Positions 8,971 to 18,395 are shown, counted from the stretch's first letter. The stretch: 64,000 nt of DNA from an uncultured Pseudobdellovibrionaceae bacterium (GCA_964611335.1 CAZSXR010000001.1:382993-446992); one strand, 5' to 3'. Notes: a model not told the origin generated them from the sequence alone. Program-made: numbers and translations.

Positions 8971-9462
8971 CTACCCTTCGGATTCATCTGTGTTTAAAAC
9001 ATAAACAATCCCGAAATAACATGAAGTGCTATCCGAGGACTGATATTCGTAGACACCTAATTGAATACTATTCTCACTATCATTTGTAGAACGACTGACA
9101 AGAATTCCTACATGGGTATCCTCAAGAAAACAATCTGGTTTATCTCCAATCACATCTAAGATGAAATACTCTTTTCCATGAAATCTCTTTAATAATTTTT
9201 TTCCTTCATAGAAGGTTTGAAGACTTCTTAAAGTTCCTTCACGTCCTATTTGAACTTGAAAGTTGGGATATCTTCTTTCTGTTCCGAGTTCTGGATATTT
9301 ATACAAGGCTTCTGTTTCAATGCCCCTTATGAGATCTTCATTAGGGTCGGGAATAACCACCATCTCCTGCGAGAGCGTTGAAAGGTTTTCTGCGTGTAGA
9401 GTTTGTAGGGAGCTTAAAGATAAAAAAGTGAGAGAGAGTATCATTTTTCTACCAGAATACAT
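8971..9462 (-). CDS. secreted hypothetical protein
   Basis: Signal-peptide-like N-terminus MYSGRKMILSLTFLSLSSLQTLHA, taken from the ATG at 9462. No recognisable domain. Confidence 0.5.
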   Translation of the reverse strand: MYSGRKMILSLTFLSLSSLQTLHAENLSTLSQEMVVIPDPNEDLIRGIETEALYKYPELGTERRYPNFQVQIGREGTLRSLQTFYEGKKLLKRFHGKEYFILDVIGDKPDCFLEDTHVGILVSRSTNDSENSIQLGVYEYQSSDSTSCYFGIVYVLNTDESEG

Positions 9463-9800
9463 AACGTTCTCCTGCATGAACTTAGATGCTTTCAAATTCC
9501 ACACTATCGTATATCAACTTTGAATTCATAAATCCTGCGCGATATTAATATATTTAAGTGGCTGGATTTTACTTCCTCAGATCTCATTTTGATGAAATAT
9601 AAGCTTCTGATTTTACTAAAAAAGACATCAAATCCTTTTTTTTTAAGAAGAAAATCCAGATCTCAGCATTTAAGCAGTGAATTCGGTTGCCCACTTTATA
9701 GGGACTTGATAACATTCGGGGAACTTATCAGCTTTTGTTAGCCCTCTGCTGGTGTCTTAACTTAAAGCGACGTTTCTGAAATTTTAGGAGTTAGAAAGAA

Positions 9801-10169
9801 ATGCAAAGCTCGAAACTGTTTGTAGGTGGATTATCGTACAGCACCGATGAACAAAAATTGACTGAAGCCTTCAGTCAGTATGGTGAAGTGACCAGTGCGG
9901 TTGTTATTCGTGATAAAGCGAGTGGGGATAGCAAAGGGTTTGGTTTTGTTGAAATGAAAAGTCAATCTGAAGCGCAAGCTGCGATGGATGCATTAAACGG
10001 AGCAAATCTTGATGGTCGTCGTATTGCAGTCAACGAAGCACGTGAACGCGAAGGCGGTCGTCGTGATGGCGGTGGCGGTGGTATGGGCGGCGGACGCGGC
10101 GGCAGACCACCTTACGGTGGCGGCGGCATGGGTGGTGGAATGGGTGGCGGCAACAAACGCCGCTTCTAA
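9801..10169 (+). CDS. RRM (RNP-1) RNA-binding protein with glycine/arginine-rich tail
   Basis: RNP2 LFVGGL and RNP1 KGFGFVEM. C-terminal GGRRDGGGGGMGGGRGGRPPYGGGGMGGGMGGG. AGGAG SD upstream of the ATG. Confidence 0.9.
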   Translation: MQSSKLFVGGLSYSTDEQKLTEAFSQYGEVTSAVVIRDKASGDSKGFGFVEMKSQSEAQAAMDALNGANLDGRRIAVNEAREREGGRRDGGGGGMGGGRGGRPPYGGGGMGGGMGGGNKRRF

Positions 10170-10209
10170 TTCCGATCATCTAGCATCCTCGCTAGTATAT
10201 ATCTGGTAA

Positions 10210-10241
10210 AGAGAGCTTTGTGTTTAGGCACAAAGCTCTTT
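10210..10241 (+). terminator. stem-loop downstream of the RRM gene (terminator or attenuator)
   Basis: About 12-bp stem (AGAGAGCTTTGTG / CACAAAGCTCTTT) with a 6-nt loop. T-rich sequence follows but is interrupted. Confidence 0.45.
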
Positions 10242-10276
10242 GTCTATCTGGGTTTTTTTAAACAGGAGTCTTTGCT

Positions 10277-10852
10277 ATGGCTAAAACACTTTCTACGATG
10301 CTTCCTCTTGGTACACTTCTCCCTCGTTTTTCACTACCCGATACAGAAGGACGTTTGCAGAGCTTCGATGCTTTTCCTAAAGCGCAAGCTTATCTCGTGA
10401 TGTTTATCTGTAACCATTGTCCTTACGTTGTGCATGTTCGAGACGGGATGATCAAACTTGCACAAGACTTGCAAAAGCAGGGGGTCGCTGTTCTGGCAAT
10501 CAATTCCAATGATATTTCCGTCTATCCTGAAGACAGCCCTGCGCAAATGAAAATCTATTCAGAAAAATACCATTATCCCTTTCCCTATCTTTTTGATGAG
10601 GATCAAAGTGTTGCAAAAGCTTTCAAAGCTGCCTGCACTCCTGACTTCTTTCTTTTCGATGCTACAAAACATTTGGTCTACAGAGGTCAAATGGATGATA
10701 GCAGACCTGGCAAAGATATTCCTGTGGACGGAGCAGATATTCTCAAAGCTGTAGCAGATATGTTTGCAGGAAAAAAACCTTCTGAAAATACACAAAAGCC
10801 TTCCATGGGGTGTAATATCAAATGGAAGCCCAACAATGAGCCTAAATATTAA
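10277..10852 (+). CDS. thioredoxin-fold thiol-disulfide oxidoreductase (AhpC/TSA-like family)
   Basis: CNHCPY redox motif in a thioredoxin-like context (YLVMFICNHCPYVVH). 191 aa. Confidence 0.7.
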   Translation: MAKTLSTMLPLGTLLPRFSLPDTEGRLQSFDAFPKAQAYLVMFICNHCPYVVHVRDGMIKLAQDLQKQGVAVLAINSNDISVYPEDSPAQMKIYSEKYHYPFPYLFDEDQSVAKAFKAACTPDFFLFDATKHLVYRGQMDDSRPGKDIPVDGADILKAVADMFAGKKPSENTQKPSMGCNIKWKPNNEPKY

Positions 10853-10862
10853 AGAGACAAAA

Positions 10863-11051
10863 ATGGAAGACGATCCACGTAAGATCATTGAATTTCGCAA
10901 AAAGAAAAAACCTGCAGAGTGGAAAATTCAGTATCAGGTGCAAAGAAAAAAGAATTTTCGTAAAGACAAGATGATCTTCTGGATCAAGTTTCTTGTCTAC
11001 TTAGGGCTTGTTTCTTATGTTCTGCAACAGTGTGGTATCGTTTCTTATTAG
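10863..11051 (+). CDS. possible small tail-anchored membrane protein
   Basis: 62-aa ORF with a basic N-terminus and one C-terminal hydrophobic helix (MIFWIKFLVYLGLVSYVL). No homology recognised. Confidence 0.25.
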   Translation: MEDDPRKIIEFRKKKKPAEWKIQYQVQRKKNFRKDKMIFWIKFLVYLGLVSYVLQQCGIVSY

Positions 11052-11115
11052 CGTTTTTGTTCAATCATTTCAGAGATAGGAAGGGAGTATTAAACTCCCT
11101 TTTCTTATTTGTAGA

Positions 11116-12660
11116 TTAGCTTTTTGCAGGAGTATGGAAGAGGTTTTTAGCTTTCTTCTTAATCTCAGGCTCATGAACTTTTGCGATTTCAGGAATGAAA
11201 TCGATGAATACGGCTTCCAAATCTGTGTAAGATTTTTCGCGACGAGAATGGTCGACATCTTTACGGTGTCTTGTTACGAAACTGATAAGACTTTCGTTTT
11301 TACCTTTGTAAGCATTGTCGAAGTCTACATCATTTTCCATTTTTGCTTTTCCGATTTCAGAATCCATAGCAGCCAAGAATCTAAGATGAGGTGCATCTAC
11401 TAAATCCAGGAAGCTGTAGTCTATAGAACCATCTACGCTAGCTCTCAATAGATCATCTTGAATAACCATAACACGTGGGCTATCGCTATGACCTTTGTGT
11501 GCGTTAGATGATAACCAGGAGTCTTGTAGACGGTAGTCTAACCATGCAAAGATGTCAGAAACAAAACTTTTGTTCTCACCGATACGAGTTCTGAGATCAT
11601 GTATATAAGAACTCAGTGTGTTTGTAGAATCACCAAGACTTGCTAAGTAATTTGTGTTGTCGACCGCTGTTGTAAGAGCTTTGGAGCCAACATTTGCCAT
11701 ATAAGTTGCAGTTCTGTCGCAATCTAAACGTGTGTAGCTCTCGATTTTATTGGCATCGATAGCTTTCAGTGGGTTCTGTTCGTTCAAAATCGAAAAGATA
11801 TCAGCACTTGTATAGTTGTTGTTTTGATCATTTGCTAAGAAACTAACGATTCTGTTTGCGTGAGTTCCATTGATATTATTGGCTTCCGTTGTGAATCCAT
11901 AATATTCCAAGGTCTCGTAGTTTTTTATCGAAGGAAGTCGTGAATATGCATAGTAGGTATGACTTTCATCGACTTTGCGGAATTCGCTATGAGTTCCACT
12001 GAAAACAACGCCAGGAAGATATTTTGTAGATCTCAAGAGGCTTGTTGCATTGTCGAAATCACGTTGAGTGATTTCACTTGCTCGAGCGAGTTTAGAAGTG
12101 TTGATGAATGCCATGGCGTTAAGAACTTTACGTTTAACAACATCATCTGCATCGGGAACATTGAGAGAGACCATACAAGCTTTGTGGAAAGGTGTCTGAC
12201 TCATATCCAGATTTTTTTCGAAAGCATCGAGGCGACTGAGTAGAACTTGAATCTGCTCGTTGTTTTCAATTTTAATTTCGCCATGCTGGGTATTTGCGAT
12301 CGCAGCTCTAAGATCGGACAATTGTTCCTTTATTGTATCAAGGCTTCCTTTGTCTGCAGCAGAAGATTCTTTAAGAGGGGTCATGAGATCCTGAACTTTT
12401 GCTTCTAATGTTTTCACAAGTTCGCTTGTGTCGAAGCTAGGATCTTTTTTTATAGCGTTTTTTATAGCATCTACATTTTCTTTCAAAGTCTGTAGAGTTT
12501 TCGCAAGCTCTGCTTTTTCTTTTGCTTGAGCTTCTCCAAGAGTATTGTCGACTTCTTTTTCTTTTTTGTCGACACGGCTTTCTGTCTTTGCATTGTCTTT
12601 CCCACAGCCAACTAGACCCATAGCTGCAGTTAATACGATTCCATTAACAAAAAATTTCAT
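11116..12660 (-). CDS. lipoprotein of unknown function with coiled-coil-like N-terminal region
   Basis: Lipobox LVGC in MKFFVNGIVLTAAMGLVGCGKD. K/E-rich heptad-like first ~130 aa. Confidence 0.55.
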   Translation of the reverse strand: MKFFVNGIVLTAAMGLVGCGKDNAKTESRVDKKEKEVDNTLGEAQAKEKAELAKTLQTLKENVDAIKNAIKKDPSFDTSELVKTLEAKVQDLMTPLKESSAADKGSLDTIKEQLSDLRAAIANTQHGEIKIENNEQIQVLLSRLDAFEKNLDMSQTPFHKACMVSLNVPDADDVVKRKVLNAMAFINTSKLARASEITQRDFDNATSLLRSTKYLPGVVFSGTHSEFRKVDESHTYYAYSRLPSIKNYETLEYYGFTTEANNINGTHANRIVSFLANDQNNNYTSADIFSILNEQNPLKAIDANKIESYTRLDCDRTATYMANVGSKALTTAVDNTNYLASLGDSTNTLSSYIHDLRTRIGENKSFVSDIFAWLDYRLQDSWLSSNAHKGHSDSPRVMVIQDDLLRASVDGSIDYSFLDLVDAPHLRFLAAMDSEIGKAKMENDVDFDNAYKGKNESLISFVTRHRKDVDHSRREKSYTDLEAVFIDFIPEIAKVHEPEIKKKAKNLFHTPAKS

Positions 12661-12799
12661 AACGACTCCTAATGAGGTTTACAAATGAGGTTTGCTTATA
12701 AACAACCCCCATTTTGAAAACTATCCGTAGGAACTACGGTGATTCTTTCAATTTTCTGTGCTAAAACTTAGCACCTTCAAATCAATAAAGGATCTAGAC

Positions 12800-13381
12800 A
12801 TGCGTTTATTAAAAAAAAATTTTCTAATTTTAACTCTTTGCCTTTCCTTTGAATCTCTCTTCGCCATAGGTGTGACACCCGATGAGAGGCTTATTTACGC
12901 GGTAAAAGGCGTGAAATCAGGTCTTGCTCTTTTAAGTTGTGTTTTTCTCAATCCCTTAGCAGGACTTTTTGTGTCTTACTACCAACCGGATGAAAACCGA
13001 AGCGATCTTGTCAGAATTGATGCGGCTCTTGAAGATGGGGCGAATATAGATTTCCAGGAGCTTTACAGTGGGTATACAGCTCTGATCTATGCAGCTTACA
13101 AAGGCTATCCTAAAATTGCAGCACACCTTCTTGCGAAAGGTGCAAATATAGAAGTGAAAGAATACGAGGGATACGATGCCCTCTCGATGGCAAACTATTA
13201 CGTTAAAGAATACACCTTAGATTATGAGCGAAATGAAAGCAGAGAGCTTTCCGCTTGGTTCACAGCAGAAATGAAACAAAGCCACCGAGAATATTATCAG
13301 AGATTTATAGATCGCTATCAAGAGATTGTAGATTTGATTGAAGCTTCGACTCACTCAATACAGTCGAGTTGGCTCTGGTAA
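12800..13381 (+). CDS. secreted ankyrin-repeat protein
   Basis: Signal-like MRLLKKNFLILTLCLSFESLFA from the ATG at 12800. Two ANK-like repeats (GYTALIYAAYKGYPKIAAHLLAKGANIEVKEYEGYDALSMA). Confidence 0.65.
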   Translation: MRLLKKNFLILTLCLSFESLFAIGVTPDERLIYAVKGVKSGLALLSCVFLNPLAGLFVSYYQPDENRSDLVRIDAALEDGANIDFQELYSGYTALIYAAYKGYPKIAAHLLAKGANIEVKEYEGYDALSMANYYVKEYTLDYERNESRELSAWFTAEMKQSHREYYQRFIDRYQEIVDLIEASTHSIQSSWLW

Positions 13382-13388
13382 AATTTTT

Positions 13389-15500
13389 TTAAAACACAGA
13401 GTTGTGGAAGACTAGACTTTGTAGATGCCAATCGGAATAGCCTTCTTCCACTTTTGTCGTATTCTTAGGATTCCCTACATGCAGTTGCTCATACTGAAAG
13501 GGAATATGACAGTAGTTCCTATCCACAAATTGCTTATTCACAAGAGCAATATGAATTTCGTTAGAGCCTGAACCTATGACCTTTTGCTCAGCTTTGAGAG
13601 GAACAAAGATAGCATCGCTTCCATATTCAAGAGGTCTGTCGAGTTCATAAAGAAAGAAGCGGAAATTGTAGAGTTCTGCTATCAATTCCAAATGTACAAA
13701 ACTGAGATAGATGTGGGGATTGTCGAAGAGCAAAGCCCACTCTTCGAGGGTATTTGTATCAATCTCGGATAAAACGTTATTTACAAGTTTTAAATGATGG
13801 GGATCAGGATCAAGACTCGTTTTGATCTTTAAAAGATCCTCTATAAACTGTTTTCGAGAGATTCCCACAATGTGAAAAAGAGAATCTCCATAAGGCTCCT
13901 GAGGAGCAATGCGACTCGGAACAATTATACCACTATGCAATTGAGTTTTTCGAACAGAGCTTAATCGATCTTTTTGAAGGTGTGTACGTTCTAAGATCTC
14001 TTCTGCTTGAGGGTACATATGTGCGGTATAGGTGTTTTCTAAATCGCGTTTGGCATTCTCTATAAAAAGAGGGCCTGAAACTTTTAAAAATTCGGAACTT
14101 TCTTTTGTAATTCCCTTTGTGCCGAGTAAAGTTTGCACCCGAGGTGTGAAATCCGGTTGTTTTACATACTCTTTTAAACGGTCTATAAATTCAACCCAAT
14201 CAGAGTTATGGGGAAGTCTGTAGACACTTGTTATCATTAAACAGTCTTTATAAGCCATTCTCAACACACGTCTAAACACTGTGTTTGCAAGAAAGAGTGT
14301 TCCATTCATGGATTGAACTTGAGGTCTGAATTCAAAATGCTTTCCATCTTTGTAATATGCGATATCTCCATCACTTTCAAAAGTGAGTGGGAAATTCTTC
14401 ATAACTTTGGGATAATATGGATTTTTGATCTCGAAGCTTTCTAAGGAATTGAAAAAATTCATGGAGAAATTGCGAATGAGGTTGCAATGAAAGAGAGTTA
14501 AGACTCCAGGTAAATTCTCTACATCTTTCTTGTACAAAAACATTTCTTCGAAGTTAACTTTATCAAAGCCTAAAGCTTCGGAATAGCTGTTGTCAAAAGA
14601 CTTACTCCAGGTGTGAACATTACCCATATGAACGACAATATAATCTTCACCATCGGTGGGAAGAATTTCCTGGTCGTTGTAGAATTCTGCGTTTTCTGCA
14701 GAAGGATCATTGGTGAGGCTATAGGAATTTTGTCCAGATTGGGTTGATTTTCGAACGAGTTTATATTTTCCAAAACCGGAAGAGCTTTGGACCTTTTCTT
14801 TTTGTACTTCCCAACGTTGTGAATCCAAGTTGAATTTGAGAACAAAAATTCTTGAAACCGTGTTGAGAGTGTAGACATGTTCTTGAGTAGGAACGCCTTC
14901 GTAGTAAGCAAGAATAAGAGTTTTAGCCCTCATCTTTGTCGTTGCGAGAATCTGGTCCATTTCATTAACATTTTCTATTTTGCGCCATCTATTTCCTTTG
15001 GGAATAAATCTTTCAGGATTTTCTCCATTCAGAAGATGTTTTAATGCTCGATAAATAAGACCATGTTCTAAAAGATCGCGAAAATCTTCGAGTTTTCTAT
15101 TGCTTTCAAGGTTGAAAGCAAGATTTTGAAGATTTTCTTTAAGGTCTATACGGGCATCAAAAGTTGCAGGAATACGTTCCCTATTATTCATGGAAAGCAA
15201 GTAAATCAAAAAATCGTCAAGTGTGGCTTCTTGAGAATTTATGATTTCCAAAGAATACCATGCTATAAGTTGGCAAATAGCAGCACGTGTTCTCGGATCT
15301 GTTATGTTAAAACCTGGTTTTCTCAGTTCAATATGAGCTTTATTTATGGCTTTTTCTAAGTCTTCTTCTGAAGTGTCCAACTTCTTAAGAATATGAGCCT
15401 GGAGTCTATCTTCTTCAAGTTCACTGCTTGCAAAAGACGTATGACTTAAAAAAAGACTGAGAAAAAAAATGTACTTTAGAATCTTCATGAGAAACCGCAT
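13389..15500 (-). CDS. large secreted protein of unknown function (C-terminal region weakly OTU-like)
   Basis: Signal peptide MRFLMKILKYIFFLSLFLSHTSFA; 703 aa. Its start abuts the LuxR stop. See findings for the speculative OTU-like blocks. Confidence 0.5.
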   Translation of the reverse strand: MRFLMKILKYIFFLSLFLSHTSFASSELEEDRLQAHILKKLDTSEEDLEKAINKAHIELRKPGFNITDPRTRAAICQLIAWYSLEIINSQEATLDDFLIYLLSMNNRERIPATFDARIDLKENLQNLAFNLESNRKLEDFRDLLEHGLIYRALKHLLNGENPERFIPKGNRWRKIENVNEMDQILATTKMRAKTLILAYYEGVPTQEHVYTLNTVSRIFVLKFNLDSQRWEVQKEKVQSSSGFGKYKLVRKSTQSGQNSYSLTNDPSAENAEFYNDQEILPTDGEDYIVVHMGNVHTWSKSFDNSYSEALGFDKVNFEEMFLYKKDVENLPGVLTLFHCNLIRNFSMNFFNSLESFEIKNPYYPKVMKNFPLTFESDGDIAYYKDGKHFEFRPQVQSMNGTLFLANTVFRRVLRMAYKDCLMITSVYRLPHNSDWVEFIDRLKEYVKQPDFTPRVQTLLGTKGITKESSEFLKVSGPLFIENAKRDLENTYTAHMYPQAEEILERTHLQKDRLSSVRKTQLHSGIIVPSRIAPQEPYGDSLFHIVGISRKQFIEDLLKIKTSLDPDPHHLKLVNNVLSEIDTNTLEEWALLFDNPHIYLSFVHLELIAELYNFRFFLYELDRPLEYGSDAIFVPLKAEQKVIGSGSNEIHIALVNKQFVDRNYCHIPFQYEQLHVGNPKNTTKVEEGYSDWHLQSLVFHNSVF

Positions 15501-16328
15501 CTATGATGAGAACTCTGGTAAACGGTCAAAACCGCTTTTGCAGAGAAAATCTTGTAATTTGCTTTTATGGGAAATGTGGGATTTTAATTTGATGCTTTCT
15601 ATATAATCTTCGACAGTTCGACTTGAAATCTTCATGACTTTTGCGATGTCTTGAGATCTCATATTTTTGCTTATAAGGTAAGCACAGTGAGCTTCTCTTT
15701 TTGTCAAATAACTTTGGGTATCCGTGTTCAGATAGTATTTTTTGGTCTTCATAGTCTGCATGCAAAATTTAAGAGAGTCATCTTTTGTGAAAATTTTTTT
15801 GGAGCTACTGATAAATTTAAATCGAGGAGCATTGCGCAGAAGGTCGGAAGATTGATCCAGGAAATAAAAAATAAAATGACGAAGAAGGTCATAATTTGAA
15901 CTTAGACTCTCATAGGAAGCTCTATGAGAAGCAAGAGGAAAAAAACTGAATTCTTCAAGGTAGTCAGGTTTTGAAAGCAATATAGAGTAAGGAGGAGTTG
16001 TTGAAAATTGGCGTTCAAGGTCTTCTACCATATTCTGAAATAGGCTTTTAAAACTCGAATTGGCCATTCCTAGAAGGGAGTTTGTATCTCCAATTCTTAT
16101 AGTGGAATTTAATCCACCTGGTAAGGAAGGTGTGGGTACACCTTTGAGATAATCATAGTCCTTGACAAAGTGTTGTATAAAGTTCTCGGAGTTTGAGACA
16201 CAAAATCGAGTGTCATCGGGGTAGTAGCGGATGTATGAGAAAATTCCTATGGGTAGGGTTTGAGTGAGAGCTTTTGTTATCTTGTTAATCTCTGAATATA
16301 AACATGGATCGTTTATTTTGAGTTGCAT
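15501..16328 (-). CDS. LuxR/GerE-family HTH transcriptional regulator
   Basis: C-terminal LTKREAHCAYLISKNMRSQDIAKVMKISSRTVEDYIESIKLK is a GerE-type HTH. The N-terminal domain is not recognised. Confidence 0.75.
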   Translation of the reverse strand: MQLKINDPCLYSEINKITKALTQTLPIGIFSYIRYYPDDTRFCVSNSENFIQHFVKDYDYLKGVPTPSLPGGLNSTIRIGDTNSLLGMANSSFKSLFQNMVEDLERQFSTTPPYSILLSKPDYLEEFSFFPLASHRASYESLSSNYDLLRHFIFYFLDQSSDLLRNAPRFKFISSSKKIFTKDDSLKFCMQTMKTKKYYLNTDTQSYLTKREAHCAYLISKNMRSQDIAKVMKISSRTVEDYIESIKLKSHISHKSKLQDFLCKSGFDRLPEFSS

Positions 16329-16358
16329 AATGACTTTCTTTCAAGGCAAGCGATCTCA

Positions 16359-17354
16359 TCAATTGATAGTGCCATCCGATAATCGACAAGGAGCACAAGG
16401 CAGGTGTCTTTCTCCGTTAGGCTTGCAGGAGAGTATAGTTTCTTTTGTTCCATAGGAACTTTTTGGCCAATGATTTTGATAATTTTCAAAAACTATATCA
16501 TTCAAGACATTTCCCCCTGAAATAGCATTTACAGAATGATTGCTTGTAGAACACCAGGCTCCTTCAGCTGGGATAACGAAAGAACTTATGTTTTGAGAAG
16601 CGAGCTGTGCACTGATCCAGGCATCATCTACAAAGTAAGCAGCAGATTTTTCTTTAGCTTCGTTGGGGGAAGGAATAGGAAGCTTCATCCATAAGTTTTG
16701 GCAAAAAAATCGAGGTTGAATCATATAGCCCGAAACTCCTGTTACAACTGCAATCTGTATGGGTTCTTTTATTTCATAAGAATGTATAATTCCCATATCA
16801 CTAAATTTGAGGCTTGTGGGCATTTGATGACCACGATTTGCTAAAGCTGAATCGGAGTACGCAGGAACTTCACTCCACTTAAGAAAATTATCGACCATAT
16901 CTTTAGGATAGGTTTGATCATCGTCTACAACTATAATTTTCCAATCTTCTTGTTGTCTTGATTTTTTTTCTTGGATAATCGGAATGAATTTTGTGTTGGG
17001 ACCCCAATCTTCCTCTGTTGAGAGAATACGAACAAAAGGATGAGCATTTTTTAAATATTCGGGGATAGGATATTCACAATTTTCTTTTCGGGAAAGTTTA
17101 GGAATAGCGATGACAATTTCTTCAGGAAGAGTTGTTTGTTCTAGTAGTGAAATAAGTGTGGGATAGATATCTCCAATTCGAGAGGGAATAGAAGTTAGAG
17201 AAATCGAAACACCTTTTGCTATTTTGGAATTGTTGGGTATAGGAAGTTCTTTTGGATAGTTTTTAGAAGGGCCATACTTTTTTTCAGTGCCGCATGAAAA
17301 TATGCAGAGAAAAAATACGGGGAATATAATTTTTGAAAATGTACTTGCTTTCAT
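16359..17354 (-). CDS. putative exported GT-A-fold glycosyltransferase (lipoprotein-like signal)
   Basis: MKASTFSKIIFPVFFLCIFSCG signal. SLTSIPSR...LISLLEQT...IVIAIP followed by IIVVDDDQTYP (a DxD-type motif). Confidence 0.4.
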   Translation of the reverse strand: MKASTFSKIIFPVFFLCIFSCGTEKKYGPSKNYPKELPIPNNSKIAKGVSISLTSIPSRIGDIYPTLISLLEQTTLPEEIVIAIPKLSRKENCEYPIPEYLKNAHPFVRILSTEEDWGPNTKFIPIIQEKKSRQQEDWKIIVVDDDQTYPKDMVDNFLKWSEVPAYSDSALANRGHQMPTSLKFSDMGIIHSYEIKEPIQIAVVTGVSGYMIQPRFFCQNLWMKLPIPSPNEAKEKSAAYFVDDAWISAQLASQNISSFVIPAEGAWCSTSNHSVNAISGGNVLNDIVFENYQNHWPKSSYGTKETILSCKPNGERHLPCAPCRLSDGTIN

Positions 17355-17489
17355 GAGTCTGCCAAACGTTAGGGTTAGAATTTCGCAATATTTATCATGG
17401 ATTTGTAAAAACTTTCCAGCGTTTTTTAGATAAAGAAGAACATGCTGAAATGTATGGGTAATTAACAGGGTGTTTCTTTTTGGATCATA

Positions 17490-18395
17490 TTACAAAGTTT
17501 CAGAAAGTTTGTACCAGGTAAGCTCATGCTTGTTATGACTCAAATGCATAATCCTCGAACCAGGAATTTCTAAAAACTTTTTAATCACATCGTAGTGATT
17601 GGTGCCTTGAAACTTTAAAGTGAATACGAAGTTTTTTTCAGGACAAGCTTGAATGTAAGCCTTCACAAAGGGAAGAACCTTTCCAGGATAGGCAATTACA
17701 TCGGAAAAAATCCAGCTAACTTCAGGATGTGTTTCTGGTTTTACCTTAAAACAATCTTCGTCGAAAAATGTAACTTTTGGATCTTCTTGAAGAGTGAGTT
17801 CCAAGTAAGCGCGATCGTAAGCAATAACTTTTGCTCCGAGCTGTCGAAGAACCCAAGTCCAACCTCCGGGGCTTGCTCCCAGATCTAGACAGACATCCTT
17901 TTTTCCAGGAAATTTTTGAACACGTGTAAAGAATTCCCAGAGTTTTAAATAGGCACGACTCGGAGGATTTTCATGATCTTCTTTGAAATTCCATTCTCCG
18001 TTCGGAACGGTGCTTGTGCAATGGGGAGAAGCAAGGATGGTGTTCTCATCGAGCAGAGTCCAGGAACCTAGGACGGAGTCAGGAACTTTTTGTAAAAAGT
18101 CTAAAGGTTTCGTAGGAATATAAGGAAGTTTGTCTTGGATCAACTGTGCACGTCTATGGAGTTGGAAACTATAGACAGCCCAGTTCCTTTGCATTTCACG
18201 CAACTGACGAGCTGCATCTGCAATGGAATCGATTTTCAATGTGATGGGATTCAACCAGATGTTGAGAGCAAAGGGGCAGTGTTGTGGTTTTCCCTTCGCA
18301 ATAAAAAGACGTTCGTGTCGTCCAATGATATTTTGAAGACCAAGCTCAACTGTTTTTTCGAGACCTTCTGGTGCTAAATAGGCACTGATACTCAT
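17490..18395 (-). CDS. rlmM: 23S rRNA 2'-O-ribose C2498 methyltransferase RlmM-like
   Basis: PPSRAYLKLWEFF, CLDLGASPGGWTWVL, WIFSDVIAYPGKV and FTLKF align with my recollection of E. coli RlmM blocks. The ATG at 18395 overlaps the upstream stop (ATGA). Confidence 0.7.
   Translation of the reverse strand: MSISAYLAPEGLEKTVELGLQNIIGRHERLFIAKGKPQHCPFALNIWLNPITLKIDSIADAARQLREMQRNWAVYSFQLHRRAQLIQDKLPYIPTKPLDFLQKVPDSVLGSWTLLDENTILASPHCTSTVPNGEWNFKEDHENPPSRAYLKLWEFFTRVQKFPGKKDVCLDLGASPGGWTWVLRQLGAKVIAYDRAYLELTLQEDPKVTFFDEDCFKVKPETHPEVSWIFSDVIAYPGKVLPFVKAYIQACPEKNFVFTLKFQGTNHYDVIKKFLEIPGSRIMHLSHNKHELTWYKLSETL

Noticed and set aside
10009-10209. 66-aa alternative-frame ORF across the GGC/GGT-rich tail of the RRM gene.
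   Set aside because: It is a frame-shadow of the glycine-codon repeat. The RRM frame is continuous from a strong SD and ATG.
13389-13900. The YGDSLFH string in the 703-aa protein read as a GDSL/SGNH lipase block I.
   Set aside because: It lies about 540 aa from the N-terminus rather than just after the signal peptide, and no SGNH blocks II, III or V follow. It is kept only as a weak OTU-like possibility.
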